Positions 9,955 through 21,658 of a stretch of 64,000 nucleotides of DNA are shown here, one piece after another. Origin of the DNA: Chrysochromulina tobinii (taxonomy: Eukaryota). The notes beneath the pieces are model-generated. The model made no database searches, was not told where the DNA came from, and was given only the letters and a program-made list of their open reading frames with translations. The first letter of the stretch is position 1. Each line of letters opens with the position of its first letter. The position numbers and the translations under genes are program-made. The stretch lies in assembly GCA_001275005.1 (NCBI GenBank), contig JWZX01003118.1, positions 1-64,000 on the forward strand, given 5' to 3'.

Positions 9955-10974
9955 CTATGAACGCGGTGCCACGTGACGCATGAGCAGCTCCAAATCAACG
10001 TTGCCGCCACAAACGACCGCGGCCACGTGCTTGAGGCCTTGTGCGCGGAGTGCGCCAAACTCGGGCGCGAGCAGCGCCGCCAGAGTGAGCGCTCCTGCGG
10101 GCTCCACGACTTGCTTCATCTCGACGAACGCCACGCGCATCGCCTCGCCTATCTGCGCGTTGCTCACGGAGAGCACCGTCGGGTCCAGGAGGTCGCTCGC
10201 ACTCGCCCAGGGAATGGGTCCGAAAGCCTTGGTGCGGATGGCGTCAGCGATCGTATCGATGGGTGCATTCGCCGTCGCCGCATCAAGCACTCGCTGCCTT
10301 TGGGCAAAGCAGAGCCGCAGCTCCTTACCTTGCGGTTCGACAGCGATGACGCGCACGGACGGGCGCAGCGCCTTGATGGCAACCGCGATGCCGCCGATGA
10401 GCCCTCCGCCTGAGACAGGCACGAGCACCGCGTCCAGCTCGTGGCGCCCCAGCTGCTCATGCAGCTCTAAGCCGATGGTACCTTGCCCTGCCAGCACCAG
10501 CGCATCGTCGTACGGGTGCACGAAGGTCGCGCCCATGGCCTTGACCTGGGCCGCAGATGCCTCGGTGCGAGCTGTTTGCGTCGGCTCGCAAAGCACCACT
10601 CGCGCGCTGTAGCGCTCAATGTTCTCAATCTTCGCAGCCGGTGTCGTGTGTGGCACAACAATGCAGCAAGGTATGCCGCGAGCTTGAGCCGCAGCCGCGA
10701 CTGCCGCGCCGTGGTTGCCAGACGAGTGAGCGACGACGCCGTTTGCAGCTGTTTTTGCATCGAGCGCACCCACCGCGTTCGTAGCGCCTCGATACTTGAA
10801 CGAGCCGGTGCGCTGCAAGTGCTCACCTTTGAAGTGGCACACGCAGCCCACAGACTTGTCTATAATGCTGGATCGCAAGATTGGCGTCGGCAGCGCTCCA
10901 ACAGCTTTGAGCCGCTCCGCAGCTTCCTGCACGTGCGCGAGCTGCACGCGGCCGGACGGCATGAACGAGCGCAT
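9955..10974 (-). CDS. SRR: Serine racemase / serine-threonine dehydratase (fold-type II PLP enzyme)
   Basis: KGEHLQRTGSFKYRGA (PLP lysine), HSSGNHG, FVHPYDD..VLAGQGTIG, VPVSGGGL and CGGNVD. Confidence 0.85.
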   Translation of the reverse strand: MRSFMPSGRVQLAHVQEAAERLKAVGALPTPILRSSIIDKSVGCVCHFKGEHLQRTGSFKYRGATNAVGALDAKTAANGVVAHSSGNHGAAVAAAAQARGIPCCIVVPHTTPAAKIENIERYSARVVLCEPTQTARTEASAAQVKAMGATFVHPYDDALVLAGQGTIGLELHEQLGRHELDAVLVPVSGGGLIGGIAVAIKALRPSVRVIAVEPQGKELRLCFAQRQRVLDAATANAPIDTIADAIRTKAFGPIPWASASDLLDPTVLSVSNAQIGEAMRVAFVEMKQVVEPAGALTLAALLAPEFGALRAQGLKHVAAVVCGGNVDLELLMRHVAPRS

Positions 10975-11161
10975 GTGATCGAGCTTGCCCGGCCGCGAGC
11001 GTTCTCAGTCTCCCAGGTGTGAATTGGAAAAAAGTTTAAATGAAAACGGGCCCTGTGATTAAATACGCGTTGTGTCGGTCACCCGTCCTTTAGGGAAAAC
11101 CCGAGCGCATACATTGTACGCGCACGACAAGCGCGTCAGGCACGCCTTCACGCAACACCTA

Positions 11162-11620
11162 ATGGCCCTGCACGCGCCGCCCGATGCCTTCGTTCTCTCT
11201 TTTACGACTGGACTGCTGCCTACGGACGCACTTTTTGTGATGTCTTACATGCTGAAGGGCCGTACGTACGAGGAGCTTCCACTATCTGGCTATAGCTCTA
11301 CGCAACGCACGCAAGTGCTGGCGCTCGCCAGCCAAATTGACAAGATGCGATTCATGCGACGTGCATCTAGAACTTGCTTGGAGCTCCAGTGTGAAGGAAC
11401 TGATACAATGCAGCTCTATTTGACCTTTGGCCCGATCGATCCACGAGCAAGAGCTGCCGTAGCGCAGATGAACACGCCGCCGCCACCTGGGAAGAAGCTA
11501 AAGACTGACAGTGATCATGATGGAACACCGCATGACTCATCGAGCGGTGCGTCAGCCACTACATCGAGCAGTGGTAAATCTGGTGGCAGCTCAGCGAGCG
11601 ACCCGCCCGCTGTCAATTGA
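11162..11620 (+). CDS. Hypothetical protein in a lower-GC segment
   Basis: 152-codon ORF from ATG 11162 with a globular-looking N-terminus, PPPPGKKLK (NLS-like) and a Ser-rich tail; no recognisable motif. Confidence 0.35.
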   Translation: MALHAPPDAFVLSFTTGLLPTDALFVMSYMLKGRTYEELPLSGYSSTQRTQVLALASQIDKMRFMRRASRTCLELQCEGTDTMQLYLTFGPIDPRARAAVAQMNTPPPPGKKLKTDSDHDGTPHDSSSGASATTSSSGKSGGSSASDPPAVN

Positions 11621-11882
11621 GGTCCGCATACGGTAACCTGGCTCGAGGCACAGCCGTAGCAGCTTCCGTTCGAAAAGAAATCGCCCCGCCGAGCCGCGGC
11701 GTAAAGCCGCACTGTAAGGAGAGGAGGCCGAGTCGTGCTCGTGCGCTCGCGCGCAATTGTACACAACAAGTATGCACGCTTGTGGCTGTCCACCGTGCGT
11801 GCGGGTCGAAAACAACTCCAGAGATACTCATTTATGTTACTACTCTCAAACTCTCTGCAAGTGATCGGCAATCAAGAATTTG

Positions 11883-12269
11883 TCACTCAGTACTTGGTCG
11901 ATTCGCCGAGCACTTGGTCGATTCGCGCCGGTGGCGAGCGAGGCCTTGCTCACTGCCAAACTGGCGGCCACACTCGGCACACTTGGCTCGCGGCGTAGGC
12001 ATCGATGACAGAGCGCCGCCTACCTCTTCCTTTGCGATGGTCTCCTGTGGCAGCAGCAGCGCCTCAGGCGGCTTCGGTGGCGCTTTGGGCGGCGGCGGCT
12101 TAGTAGTCTCGGACGGCACCGGTGGCGCTTTGGGCGGCGCCTTACCGGCGCCTGGTCCCGCTTTTGGCGGCGCCTCCCTGGTCTCAGCGGCGCCGCCCTC
12201 ACCACGCGGGGTCTGCGCCCTGACCTCGCTGGCCACGCGCCTCGCTGAGTATGCACCCGCAGCCTCACG

Positions 12270-12319
<50 letters not shown>

Positions 12320-13787
12320 TGCGCCGCCTGCTACCCTTGCCGCCCTTGCCTGCGCCGCTCACGGCCGGCAGTGGCTCGGCGACCTTCCAGTCGTCGAAGA
12401 GGCTCGTGGCGAGCAGCTTCGCCTCCTCGGCTGTCGATCCGCGGTGGTCGAGTAACGGCTGCACGTGCATGCGCATCTGACGAAACCCGAGCTCACTGAG
12501 CGTCATCAGGGGTCATCAGGGCTCATCAAAGGTCATCAGTGGCACTCACCTGACGAAACCCGAGCTCGAGCAGGCGTGCGTACGAGCGCAGCGCGAGGCC
12601 CGCCCCGATGACCTGGTCCGCCGCGCCGTTGAACGTGACGATGCGCAGCGCCTCGCGACCGGGCGCGGGCGCCGGGGTGACCGAGTACAACTGCCCAATC
12701 GAGCAGAAGAGACAATCAGCGGCCATCAGCGGCCATCAGCGGCCATCAGCGGCCATCAGCGGCCATCAGCGGCCATCAGCGGCCATCAGCGGCCATCAGC
12801 GACCATCAGCGGCCATCAGCGGCCATCAGCGGCCATCAGGCGAGATCGCACCTGCCCAATCGAGCAGAAGAGGCCGCCCAGGCACTCCTTGTATGTGAGA
12901 GCAGCATCGATCGCGCAGCACGATCCTTGCGACTGACCGAGCAGCACGAGGCGCGACGTGTGTCCCGACAGCCGTGCCGCCTCCACGTCGAGCACCCGGT
13001 GCACCTGCCTGCGCGTCCACTCGAGGTGCGCCGTGTCGAGCTCTTCCTCGAGCTCGGGCTTTCCCTCCTCACCGCCGTGGTCCGTGAAGTAATCATGCCA
13101 CGCCGCGTGCCGCTGCCGTGGCTCGCCATAGCATGAGATGCGCCGCTGCGGGGCCTGCAGGAAGACGAAGCGCACGTGCGCGTCGGGCGGCTGCTCGCTC
13201 GAGCCGAGCTCAGCGGAGAGCATCGGCAGCAGCGTCTCGGCGTAGTTCTTCGCGTTGTCCGTGAAGCCGTGCATCACGCTGCCGCCAACCGAGGGCACGC
13301 GGGAGATTCGGGTGACCCGTCAGACGCGCGGAGATGCCAGAGGATGTACTCTGGGCAAGGGGTGGGGCAGGTCGCGGGTTCGACGGCGGCTTCCGTACAC
13401 GACGGTCGCGCGGTGCACCGCCGTGGGCTCCACGATGTGCGGTGCGGGCAGCGACGCCGGCGATGCTTCGGAGGGGTACTTGCGAGCTGGAGGTCTATTC
13501 TCGGGTGCTGGGGCTTTGGCGGATGTGGCCTTGGCATCGATGGATGGTATCGGGTTCAGTGAGAGACCGATGAGTTTATCGAGAACTTCGAGCTGTCGAT
13601 CGTCCTCATCCTCATCATCAACGACCAAAGTGGCACCAGGTGCGGCTGCGGGCGTGGCACCCGGTGACGTCTTGCGATTGCGGCGCGGGCCTTTCCGCTT
13701 GCCGCCAGAACCAGGCGTGCGCGGCGTTTTCGAATCACCGGCTGTATTCGGCTCGGCGCTTGGCAAAAAAACCTCATTCTCCATCAT
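11883..13787 (-). CDS. Phospholipase/carboxylesterase (APT1-like alpha/beta hydrolase) with C-terminal zinc-finger-like motif; exons 13787-13399, 13278-12852, 12690-12550, 12476-11883
   Basis: The spliced product reads HRATVV|VMHGFTD...RFVFLQAP...AWHDY...GQSQG (nucleophile)...SIGQ|LY...NGAADQVI (Asp)...GFRQ|MRMHVQPLLDH (His). GT-AG introns 13279-13398, 12691-12851 and 12477-12549 restore the frame. Confidence 0.85.
12271..12318. repeat. (CCG)n microsatellite encoding poly-Gly in the carboxylesterase
   Basis: About 16 perfect CCG units. Confidence 0.9.
12714..12840 (-). repeat. Intronic 10-nt tandem repeat (GGCCATCAGC)n, i.e. GCTGATGGCC on the sense strand
   Basis: About 12 near-perfect copies filling intron 12691-12851. 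Confidence 0.9.
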
Positions 13788-14047
13788 CTCGGCACTCGGC
13801 TCCTAATCGGGAGTACTTTCATATTCACGCCTCGCACACGTTCACAAATGGGTTTTTTCGATCCGAAGACACCGGACCGGCAGACATAAGGAGGCAAATC
13901 ACACTACACTACAGTACCGTATGACGAAGCCGCGGAGCATTCACATGTTGAGAAAAGGTGCAGAGAAAAGTGACTCAATTATCAATGGACAACGACTCGC
14001 ATCGACCATCGTTGTTCGTTGATACGACGCGAGGGGTCGCACAGCCC

Positions 14048-15547
14048 TCAAGTCCGTGCGAGCCCATCCAGCATCCTCCCCCTCGCGACCGCCGCGTCGA
14101 TGGCCGCCTTCTCCTGCGCCGTCAGCTCGAGGGCGAGCGCCCGCAGCGAGTCGCGTCGGTGGTCCGCCCCCGGCACGCCGCCGAGGCGCACGCCCACGAT
14201 CGCGGCGAGCACGTAGGGCAGCTGGAGCACGTACGCGAGCGCGACCACAGCGATAGGCGCGCCGCCGCGGGCGTCCACGTGTGCGTCACCCACAGAGCGC
14301 AGCGTGCGAAGCAAGCCCTGGAAACGCTCCCAGTCTCCCCACGCTCGAATCGACGCGAGGTAGTCGATTTGCTTCGAGTGGTCGGCGTCGGGTATCGGCG
14401 GCGGCTGACCGAGGTACCTGTCCGAGAGCAGCCCGCCCAGAAGTGGACCATACGCCACAAAGCGGCACCCGCGCGCCGCGCAAAAGGCGCGCGCCGCCTC
14501 TGCTGGTCTCACGAGTAGGTTCGTCTCTTGCTGCACGGTGGCGACCGGGACGACGCTCGCTATCTGCTCGAGCATCGCAGGGCTGTAGTCCTCCACGCCG
14601 TAGTGCCATACGCGCTGTGCGCGGCGCGCAGCCAGGTACGCGGCCAGGTTGGCCGATTGGAGGGCGGGAGGCCCCAGCTGTGGCACTCGATGGCACTCAA
14701 CGGCACTCAGCGGCACTCAGTAGCTATTAGCGGCACTCAGCGGCACTCAGTAGCTTATTTGCGGCACTCAGCGGCACTCAGTAGCTATTAGCGGCGGCAC
14801 TCAGCGCACCTGCACCCAGCGGAGTGCCTCCATCCCGAGACGCGCCTCGAGGAGTTCCAACCCTTGCTCCACCTCGTGCCCACGCTCAACAATGATCGAG
14901 TGCGCGAGCGGCACCGCCGCCGCAGTCTCGTTGGCCTTGGTCGCGCGTCGATGCGCTTCGAGGGCGGAGAGCACACGCTCGTCGAAGTCCTCGCCGATCC
15001 AGCTACCCAGCCCAACCGCGTCGTATCGGCGCATGCCCTCGACCACCCTGGTCGCGTCCACTTCGTCTAATGGGCTCGAGTACGCGCGCCAGCGCCGTGG
15101 GTCCAAGAAGGATGTCCAGATCCCATTGAGGATGGGGCAGATATGCACGGTTCGATCGCCATCACCGATTGTGCGCAGGTACGGCAGGCAGCTGGAGTTC
15201 ACGTCGTCCTCGAACTCTATGCCGTGCACGGCCGCGGCCGTGCCGCCGTCGCTCATGGCCACTCCAGCCGGCGCAGCGCGTGAGGTGCCGCCCGAGGCGG
15301 ATATGCTGTATGCTCGCGTGGGCGCGTCGGCAGCCGGGCTGTCGTCGGTGGCTCCGGGATAGCCGGCCTCGCCAGGCCGGCATAGAAACTGTGCGCCCGA
15401 ACAGCCACTGCACTCCATCTCAACTGCTCCATTTAGCACCGTACAAGGCTCTGTGCACCAAGGTTCGCAAGGGCCGCCATTGCGAACCTTGTAGCCATGG
15501 CATTCCGCTGCGAGCCACACGACCATCATCATGACCATGTTTGCCAT
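14048..15547 (-). CDS. Aldo/keto reductase-like protein with signal peptide and Cys-rich N-terminal module; exons 15547-14810, 14677-14048
   Basis: VATVQQETNLL, AYGPLLGGLLSDRYLG, VALAYVLQ..V.AAIVG and LELTAQEKAAID. Intron 14678-14809 (GTGCG..CAG), filled with CTGAGTGCCG repeats, joins WVQ|LGP in frame. Confidence 0.75.
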
Positions 15548-16085
15548 TCCGCTTCGGCCGTTACTTGTTCTCCCGAACCCCCCCCCGGCCGAGCCGGTGT
15601 TCCGGGTCCTCCGCACTGTTTTTGAACCAACACCGGTACCAGGTACGGTCCTGTTCCAAAAAGATAGCAGGAAAACGATTCTGATGTATGTCTCACCGCC
15701 CCGCTGCCCCGCCCTTACACGCAAATACAGCTGCCAGGGCCCACAGGCACCACAAATCCGTCACCAAGCTTCACCCCGAAGCAAATGAAATCATGACTCG
15801 ACACCACAGACCACACCCTCCGCTCGCTCCTCTCGCTGACCGCGTCCCGAGACGAGATTGCCCATGGATTTACGCACATCGATCCATTCATCTCGATCAC
15901 ACCTCGCTGCCATCCCCAGGAGAAGCATCACGCCTTCATGCCCCGTCATGGGCACACGTCACATCATTCGGAAGGTCATTCGGAAGGGAGGCCGGCAAGG
16001 CCGAAATCGTCGCGTCACACGGGGCGTTCCTGCCGGGCGCCGCCCTAGCCGCGATGGACCTTGGCAACGGTCAGGCTTGCGTTGC

Positions 16086-17625
16086 CTACATCTCCGTGGC
16101 GCCCCTCTCCGCCTGCTTGAGGTGCTGCGCGTTCGGGTCGAACCCATCCTTGCCAAGGTAGTCGGCCGACATGAGTTTGATGAACTCATCCTTGGACAGG
16201 GTTTTGGCGTCGCCGTCGTTGTCGCAGAAGTCGATGAGGCCACTGATAAGGCGGTCGGGCAACATCTTGCTCATGCCAGTTAGGAAGCGGCGCAGCTCGG
16301 CACGGCGCAGCAGGCCTGAGCCGTCCGCATCGATGGTATCGAAGGCCTCTGAATAGGAGGAGAACCGAGCGTTGATCACCTTTTTGAGTGCCTTGTGGAC
16401 GTGGCGGAGCTGGTCGATGCTCGGGCCCGTCTTGCGCAGCTTTGGATGGTAGCCCTTGCCGAAGCCGCCGAGCGCCTGCTTGCGTCGCAGCTCCGCCATC
16501 TTGTGCTTGTCCAGCTCGAGCTGCACCTCCTTGGGGTCCTTGGTGCCGAACCCAGACACATCCGCCTGGAGCGTCTGCTTGAGGTTGGTAATGTCATCGG
16601 CGGTCACGAGGCGCGCAAACTCGGCAAAATTGATCTGACCGTCGCCATCATAATCGGCGAGGTCGATCAGCTTGTCCATGACCTTTTCAGGTACGGCAAG
16701 GTTGAACATCGCATTGAGCCTGCGAGGTGTGAGGCACAACGACACCGTAAGAGCTGTGGGGCGCAAGGCTGTTGGGGGTCGGGCGGTTGAGAACATCGGG
16801 CGGTTGAGAACATCTGTTGCAGCGAGCGCACATGTGCTTGAGCTCGCCGCGGTCGCACTCGCCCGAGTTGTCCTGGTCAATGAGACGGTATGCACGGCGG
16901 ATCTCGCCGAAGCGCGTCTCGAGCAAGCGCTTGATCGTGCTGTGCCAGTATATGAGTTCCGAGGCGGGGACCTCGTCCTTGGCCTCGAAGGCCTCGCCCG
17001 CCGCCGCCGCCTGCTGCTGTTGCTTCTGAAGCTCCGCGTACTCCTTGAGCTGGTTGAGCTGCTTGCGCGTGTACGGAAGCTGGCCAGGAAAATCACCAGG
17101 CGCGTGCAGCTGTGGATACGGGATGGACTTCTGGAAGCTGTCCCACAATACTCCCCGGGGCGTGCCATTCACGTCCCGGTTTGCAATGAGGTTGGAGGTC
17201 ATGAAGCCGGTGCTGTTGAACGACTGAAGCCCCACCTCGACGTTCTCCATCTTTGCCAGCTTGCAAGCAAGCTCCAGGTCCCGGGGCGAGACCACGCTGC
17301 CACCATTTGCAGCGGTGGCGAGCAGCTGCTTCAGCTTGTGACGTTGCTTGTTGTGCGCGATGCGAATCCGGGCCTCGTTGATCATCTCGTTCTCGGACAG
17401 GCCCGAGACCGGTGACTGCACGTACAATCGCCCACCACCTCGAATCTGCGAGAGCGGCGGATACGGCGCCGTATGCGGCCGGAATTCTCCCATGCTGCGT
17501 GGGCTGAGCGAGCCCGCCATGCTGCGTGGCGAGAGGCCTGGCGGTTGCAGGGGCTGAACGAGCCGTGGGATCGTCGGCCCACGCGGAGTCTGAGCTCGCG
17601 GCGACATCATTCCCATGGGCATCAT
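16086..17625 (-). CDS. Multi-EF-hand calcium-binding protein; exons 17625-16832, 16719-16086
   Basis: EF loops DQDNSGECDRGE, DYDGDGQINFAE, DADGSGLLRRAE and DNDGDAKTLSKDE. GT-AG intron 16720-16831 joins KHM|LNAMF. Confidence 0.85.
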
Positions 17626-18135
17626 CGCTTCGGTGGACAGGGGGCTGGTGGACGGGCTGCGCACGCTCAACAGAATGGACGATGGAGCGCTCCGACGTCG
17701 GGACGACAGGCCGACTGCTGTTCAGCGTCAAATCGGCGCTCGCGAAACCTGCCTGCGGTTACGGTTTCACCGCATGTGGGTGACCCGTTTCACGGACTTT
17801 CATGTTGGCCTACGGCGCGGGGACATACCGACCGGGGGGAATCTCACAAAGGTCTCGACATACTCGAATAGTAACGATCGTCAACGAGACACAAGGCGTA
17901 AGGCACACCGAACAGTCGCGACAACACAACACGGGATCACGGGACGTGCACATCTCCCCGCTTTCAACTAACGCGGTGCGGGTGCTCGCGACTAAATGTG
18001 CCACACAGCGCGCGTCGTCGTGCGTCGAGACACACCCGATACCCTGCGGAGTGGCACGGGAGGCAGCCCCACGCGAGGCCGAGACACGCCGGGGCCGCCC
18101 ATAGCGCTCGGGAGGCGGCACCGATGGGCAGCGCG

Positions 18136-18960
18136 CTAGATGGTGCCAGTCCGCTTAAAATGAGTGAATTTCATCTTGAGCGACACCGAAGCCATCCGCT
18201 CGGGCAGCTCACCGGCGGCGTTCTTGGCCGTCATGTCGGCTCCCGCCATCAGCAGCAATTTGGCCACGTCAGTCCGATTGAACAGGCAGGCCATATGCAA
18301 CGGTGTGTTGCCTGCGCGGGGAGCGTGTGCGCCGTCAGACAAGGGGGCGGGGGGCATGGACACTGAAGAGGCGTGCGTCCGGGGATCGCGCGCACCCTGG
18401 CGGTCTCGATAAAGTGGGTCCGCCTTCGATTCGATCAGCTCTTTGCACAGCGCGTCGTCCCCCGCCTTGAGCCCCTCTCGCAAGGCCTCATTGACGTCCT
18501 CTGGTCGCTCGGGGACAAAGGCCGCATTGACGCCGCTGAAGGGCTGGAATCGCTGCAGGGGTTCGGAAGAGCTTGGGTAGGGGCCGTCGCCTGTTGCAAT
18601 GCCGCGTTCCGAGCGCTCGCTGGGCGGCGCGAAGACGCTAGCATCGATTTTCAGAAACTTGAGCAGCGCGATCGGTGGCTTCTCGCCCGAGAGCCGCACC
18701 ACATTCCGGAGGTATTCCTGCAGCTTCTCCACACGCTCGCGCTTGACCGCCTCGCCGTTAAACATGTTTTTCGCCACCGGGAACGTCGCGGGCAGCTTTG
18801 CGATCTTGGAGGCGAGCGCATCATGCAACTCAACAAAGTTGCTGAAGCGATGCTGCACGGTGAATTGCTGGTCGCCGACTGAACTCTTGATGATGTACTC
18901 GGTGTGCCCCGTCACATCGGAGAAGCCGGGGACGGTGATCGAGAGTTGCGCGGCGGCCAT
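18136..18960 (-). CDS. PX (phox) domain + ankyrin repeat protein; in-frame intron 18312-18395
   Basis: TEYII...VQHRFSNFVELHDAL...ERVEKLQEYL (PX) and DRQG|NTPLHMAC...VAKLLLMAGAD...KNAAGELP (ankyrin) after removing an 84-nt GT-AG intron. Confidence 0.85.
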   Translation of the reverse strand: MAAAQLSITVPGFSDVTGHTEYIIKSSVGDQQFTVQHRFSNFVELHDALASKIAKLPATFPVAKNMFNGEAVKRERVEKLQEYLRNVVRLSGEKPPIALLKFLKIDASVFAPPSERSERGIATGDGPYPSSSEPLQRFQPFSGVNAAFVPERPEDVNEALREGLKAGDDALCKELIESKADPLYRDRQGARDPRTHASSVSMPPAPLSDGAHAPRAGNTPLHMACLFNRTDVAKLLLMAGADMTAKNAAGELPERMASVSLKMKFTHFKRTGTI

Positions 18961-19631
18961 CCTCCTCGCGTCCAGGGGCGCCAGCACCGACCAAGTGCAC
19001 CGCGCGTGTTTCCTCCCTCGCGGACACGGATACGCCGGGCAAGTTTCGCGTCCAGTTAGAGTGTAAAACCCGAGGAACTCGGTACACAAAGGAAGGTAAT
19101 TTGGTCCTTGCGAGGTCCTTGTCCCAGTTTCCTCACTACAAAATAAAACTAGGTCCCTTCTTCGTCCCTGCATCCTCACCAACCCGTTGCCACTCAAGCG
19201 GCAGAGGTTGCTCGTGGTCACTTGCCTGATGGTCGAAACTGCTCACATAAATTGTTCCTCAAATGGCTCGATACACTAATTTACTACGAGCTCGTACCCC
19301 TTATGCCCAATATCCCAAACGGCCGGTAGACTCGGCTGCAACCCCTTGGAAGGGTTCTGATGGCTCTTCACACGGTGGTTCACGGCCGCTTGGTCCGAAG
19401 CGACCGTCCGTGGGGCGGCTTTGACTGCAGCGGCAAGCGCTGTTCGGCTGCCGCGTCAGGCCCCTTCGCGGGGAACACCTCCGCCGGCGCGCCTACGCCG
19501 CTTTAACAGTGCTTAGTGCTTTTTGCCTGGAAGGTAGATTGAGGCCTACTCGCTTTAACAGTGCTTTAACATGTACTCCCTCCTTTGATGTTTGAACGGC
19601 TTTTATTTGATTATCAACTTGACGAATCTCA

Positions 19632-20897
19632 ATGACGCGCCGCTTCCCTCTCGTCAACCTCGAGGGGCTTGCTTGGTACGTGGCTGGCCGACCGCCACCC
19701 GCTGCAGCCATAGCGGCTGTCAGGACGGCGCTCAACTCTGCCGGAGGCGTGTGGCATGTCGACGGCCATGGCGTGGGTGATACGGCATCGCTTCTGACGG
19801 CGAGCAAATCATTCTTCGACCAGCCTGCTGCTGCAAAACGGCTCTTTTCGGTTGGCGATATGGATCGTTCGCGTGGATGGGAGATGTATCCACAGCATAT
19901 GAAGTTCCATCGCACGTGGATGGCGCGTTACGGCCAGGACGCATTTCCCCATGCAGGGGAGCCGAGCTCCGCCGAAGGCATCATGTGCGAGCGTTTCGTT
20001 TGCGGCCCGCCTTCAGTGTGTAACCAGGACACGCGGGCCCCACACGCGGCGCATCCGTTCTATTCGAGCGATTGGGGCAAGGTCTTCTACGAGCATAATG
20101 TGTGGCCAGATGGCTCGATGCGGGCGGAGATGGAGGCCGCCTACCCCAAACTGGAGCGCGTGGCGCTTGCATGCGTGCAGCTGGTCGCGGCCGCGCTGGG
20201 CGCGGATCACACCGCGTTCGAACAGCTCGTCACACCCTCTTCCACCGCTCACCCGGAGGCACCGCTCCGCCACCACTCGCGCCTACAGATCAACAACTAC
20301 CCGTCACAGCTCGGCCGCCGCCGTGAGCTCAAATCTCCAATACGCGCGAGTCGCCACTACGACACGAGCTTCCTCACGGTCCTGTGCCGAGAGCCGAGTG
20401 TCGAGAACGAGGGCCTCGCCAGCCCGGGCACTTCGGGGGCGCTCGAGGTCTTCCTGGACGCAGAGCAGCGCTGGGTGTGTGTGCCGGCTGGTGAGGGGGA
20501 GTGTACCGTCTTCCTAGGGAACCTAGCGGCACTGCTGACAGGGTTCGCCATCCAGGGCACTACCCACCGCGTCTCGAATCCTCGCCATCACTGTTCCACC
20601 AACAGGCGACGCCTCTCTATCGGGTTCAATCTGAAGCCCGACTACCTCCTACCGGCATGCCCTCCCCCCGCTGTGCGAGAAGCTCTGCCGTGGCTGCCGG
20701 CTGTGGCTCCGGAGGAAGTGCCGCTGATCGGCTTGGTGGGCCGTGTTGGATGGCAGAACCATGCGATGCTCACACGCGGGCTAACACGACTCCAGGCCGT
20801 TGCCAGCTTCAAGTCCTGGAAGAAAGAGACCGTTGCTAGGCTGAGGGCGGAACCCCGTACGGAAGGCCTGGGCATGGCCTGGGCTGGCCGAACGTAG
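19632..20897 (+). CDS. 2OG-Fe(II) dioxygenase, isopenicillin N synthase/DIOX family
   Basis: FPLVNL, VDGHGV, SKSFF, RGW, LQINNYP, HYDTSFLTVL (HxD), THRV and RLSIGF (RxS). Confidence 0.85.
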   Translation: MTRRFPLVNLEGLAWYVAGRPPPAAAIAAVRTALNSAGGVWHVDGHGVGDTASLLTASKSFFDQPAAAKRLFSVGDMDRSRGWEMYPQHMKFHRTWMARYGQDAFPHAGEPSSAEGIMCERFVCGPPSVCNQDTRAPHAAHPFYSSDWGKVFYEHNVWPDGSMRAEMEAAYPKLERVALACVQLVAAALGADHTAFEQLVTPSSTAHPEAPLRHHSRLQINNYPSQLGRRRELKSPIRASRHYDTSFLTVLCREPSVENEGLASPGTSGALEVFLDAEQRWVCVPAGEGECTVFLGNLAALLTGFAIQGTTHRVSNPRHHCSTNRRRLSIGFNLKPDYLLPACPPPAVREALPWLPAVAPEEVPLIGLVGRVGWQNHAMLTRGLTRLQAVASFKSWKKETVARLRAEPRTEGLGMAWAGRT

Positions 20898-21064
20898 TAC
20901 TAGAAGGTGCTTTACTCCCCGCTGTGTTGGGCGAAACTTCCGAACGTCCCGCGAAACTACGGGTACAAACTTGATCGTTAGTGCCACTCTTCTCCGACAG
21001 TCTGCATTGAGGCGGCGAACCTCACTTACGTCAGGGGGGATCTGCGTCGGCACTGGGCAACACG

Positions 21065-21346
21065 ATGTCAAACTCGTCCGCGCCGCCGCCACCACTTTCG
21101 CCGCCGGTGGAGGCTACAATGAAGACGGCCACAACTACGGGGATTGGCGCGCTGCTTGTATTCCTTCTCGTGGCCATCATTTTAGCCGGCATCTTTCTTC
21201 GTTCCCGGCGCACGGCGAAGAAACAAACCAACGATCGCGCCCGCGCCGCTGCAGATTGGCTTGATGAGGGCAATGCCATGGACTTTGAGCTCAACGATGC
21301 GGCTTTGGAGGCTCAGGAAAGTGCAAAAACAGCCGGGAGGGCATAG
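21065..21346 (+). CDS. Small single-pass membrane protein
   Basis: TM segment IGALLVFLLVAIILAGIFL followed by basic RSRRTAKK. Confidence 0.5.
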   Translation: MSNSSAPPPPLSPPVEATMKTATTTGIGALLVFLLVAIILAGIFLRSRRTAKKQTNDRARAAADWLDEGNAMDFELNDAALEAQESAKTAGRA

Positions 21347-21658
21347 AGGTAGTGTGCGTGCTAGACGTGATGCTTGTGTGTGGGCGGCGCGCGCGCGCGC
21401 GTGTGTGCTACGCGTGCGTCTGTATCGGGGCTTGTCCGCGTGCGTGTTACAATTTCGGCTTCGGGCCCCACCGCAGGTGACGCACCAGCCGGGTGGACGT
21501 GCGGGGAGCCGGCGCACGCCGATGCGCGCGGCCGCGCGCGCGGCCGAACGCAAACCGGACTCCCGGAAGCAAGCAACCGCAGGCCGGGCGCCCCCCTTGC
21601 TGTTGGCGTGGGGTCAACCCGACCCAATAACCCACTGGGGAACGGCCCTAGACTCCGC

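Noticed and set aside
19495..19572. GCTTTAACAGTGCTT repeats upstream of the dioxygenase
   Set aside because: Only 2-3 short copies; a regulatory role cannot be supported from sequence.
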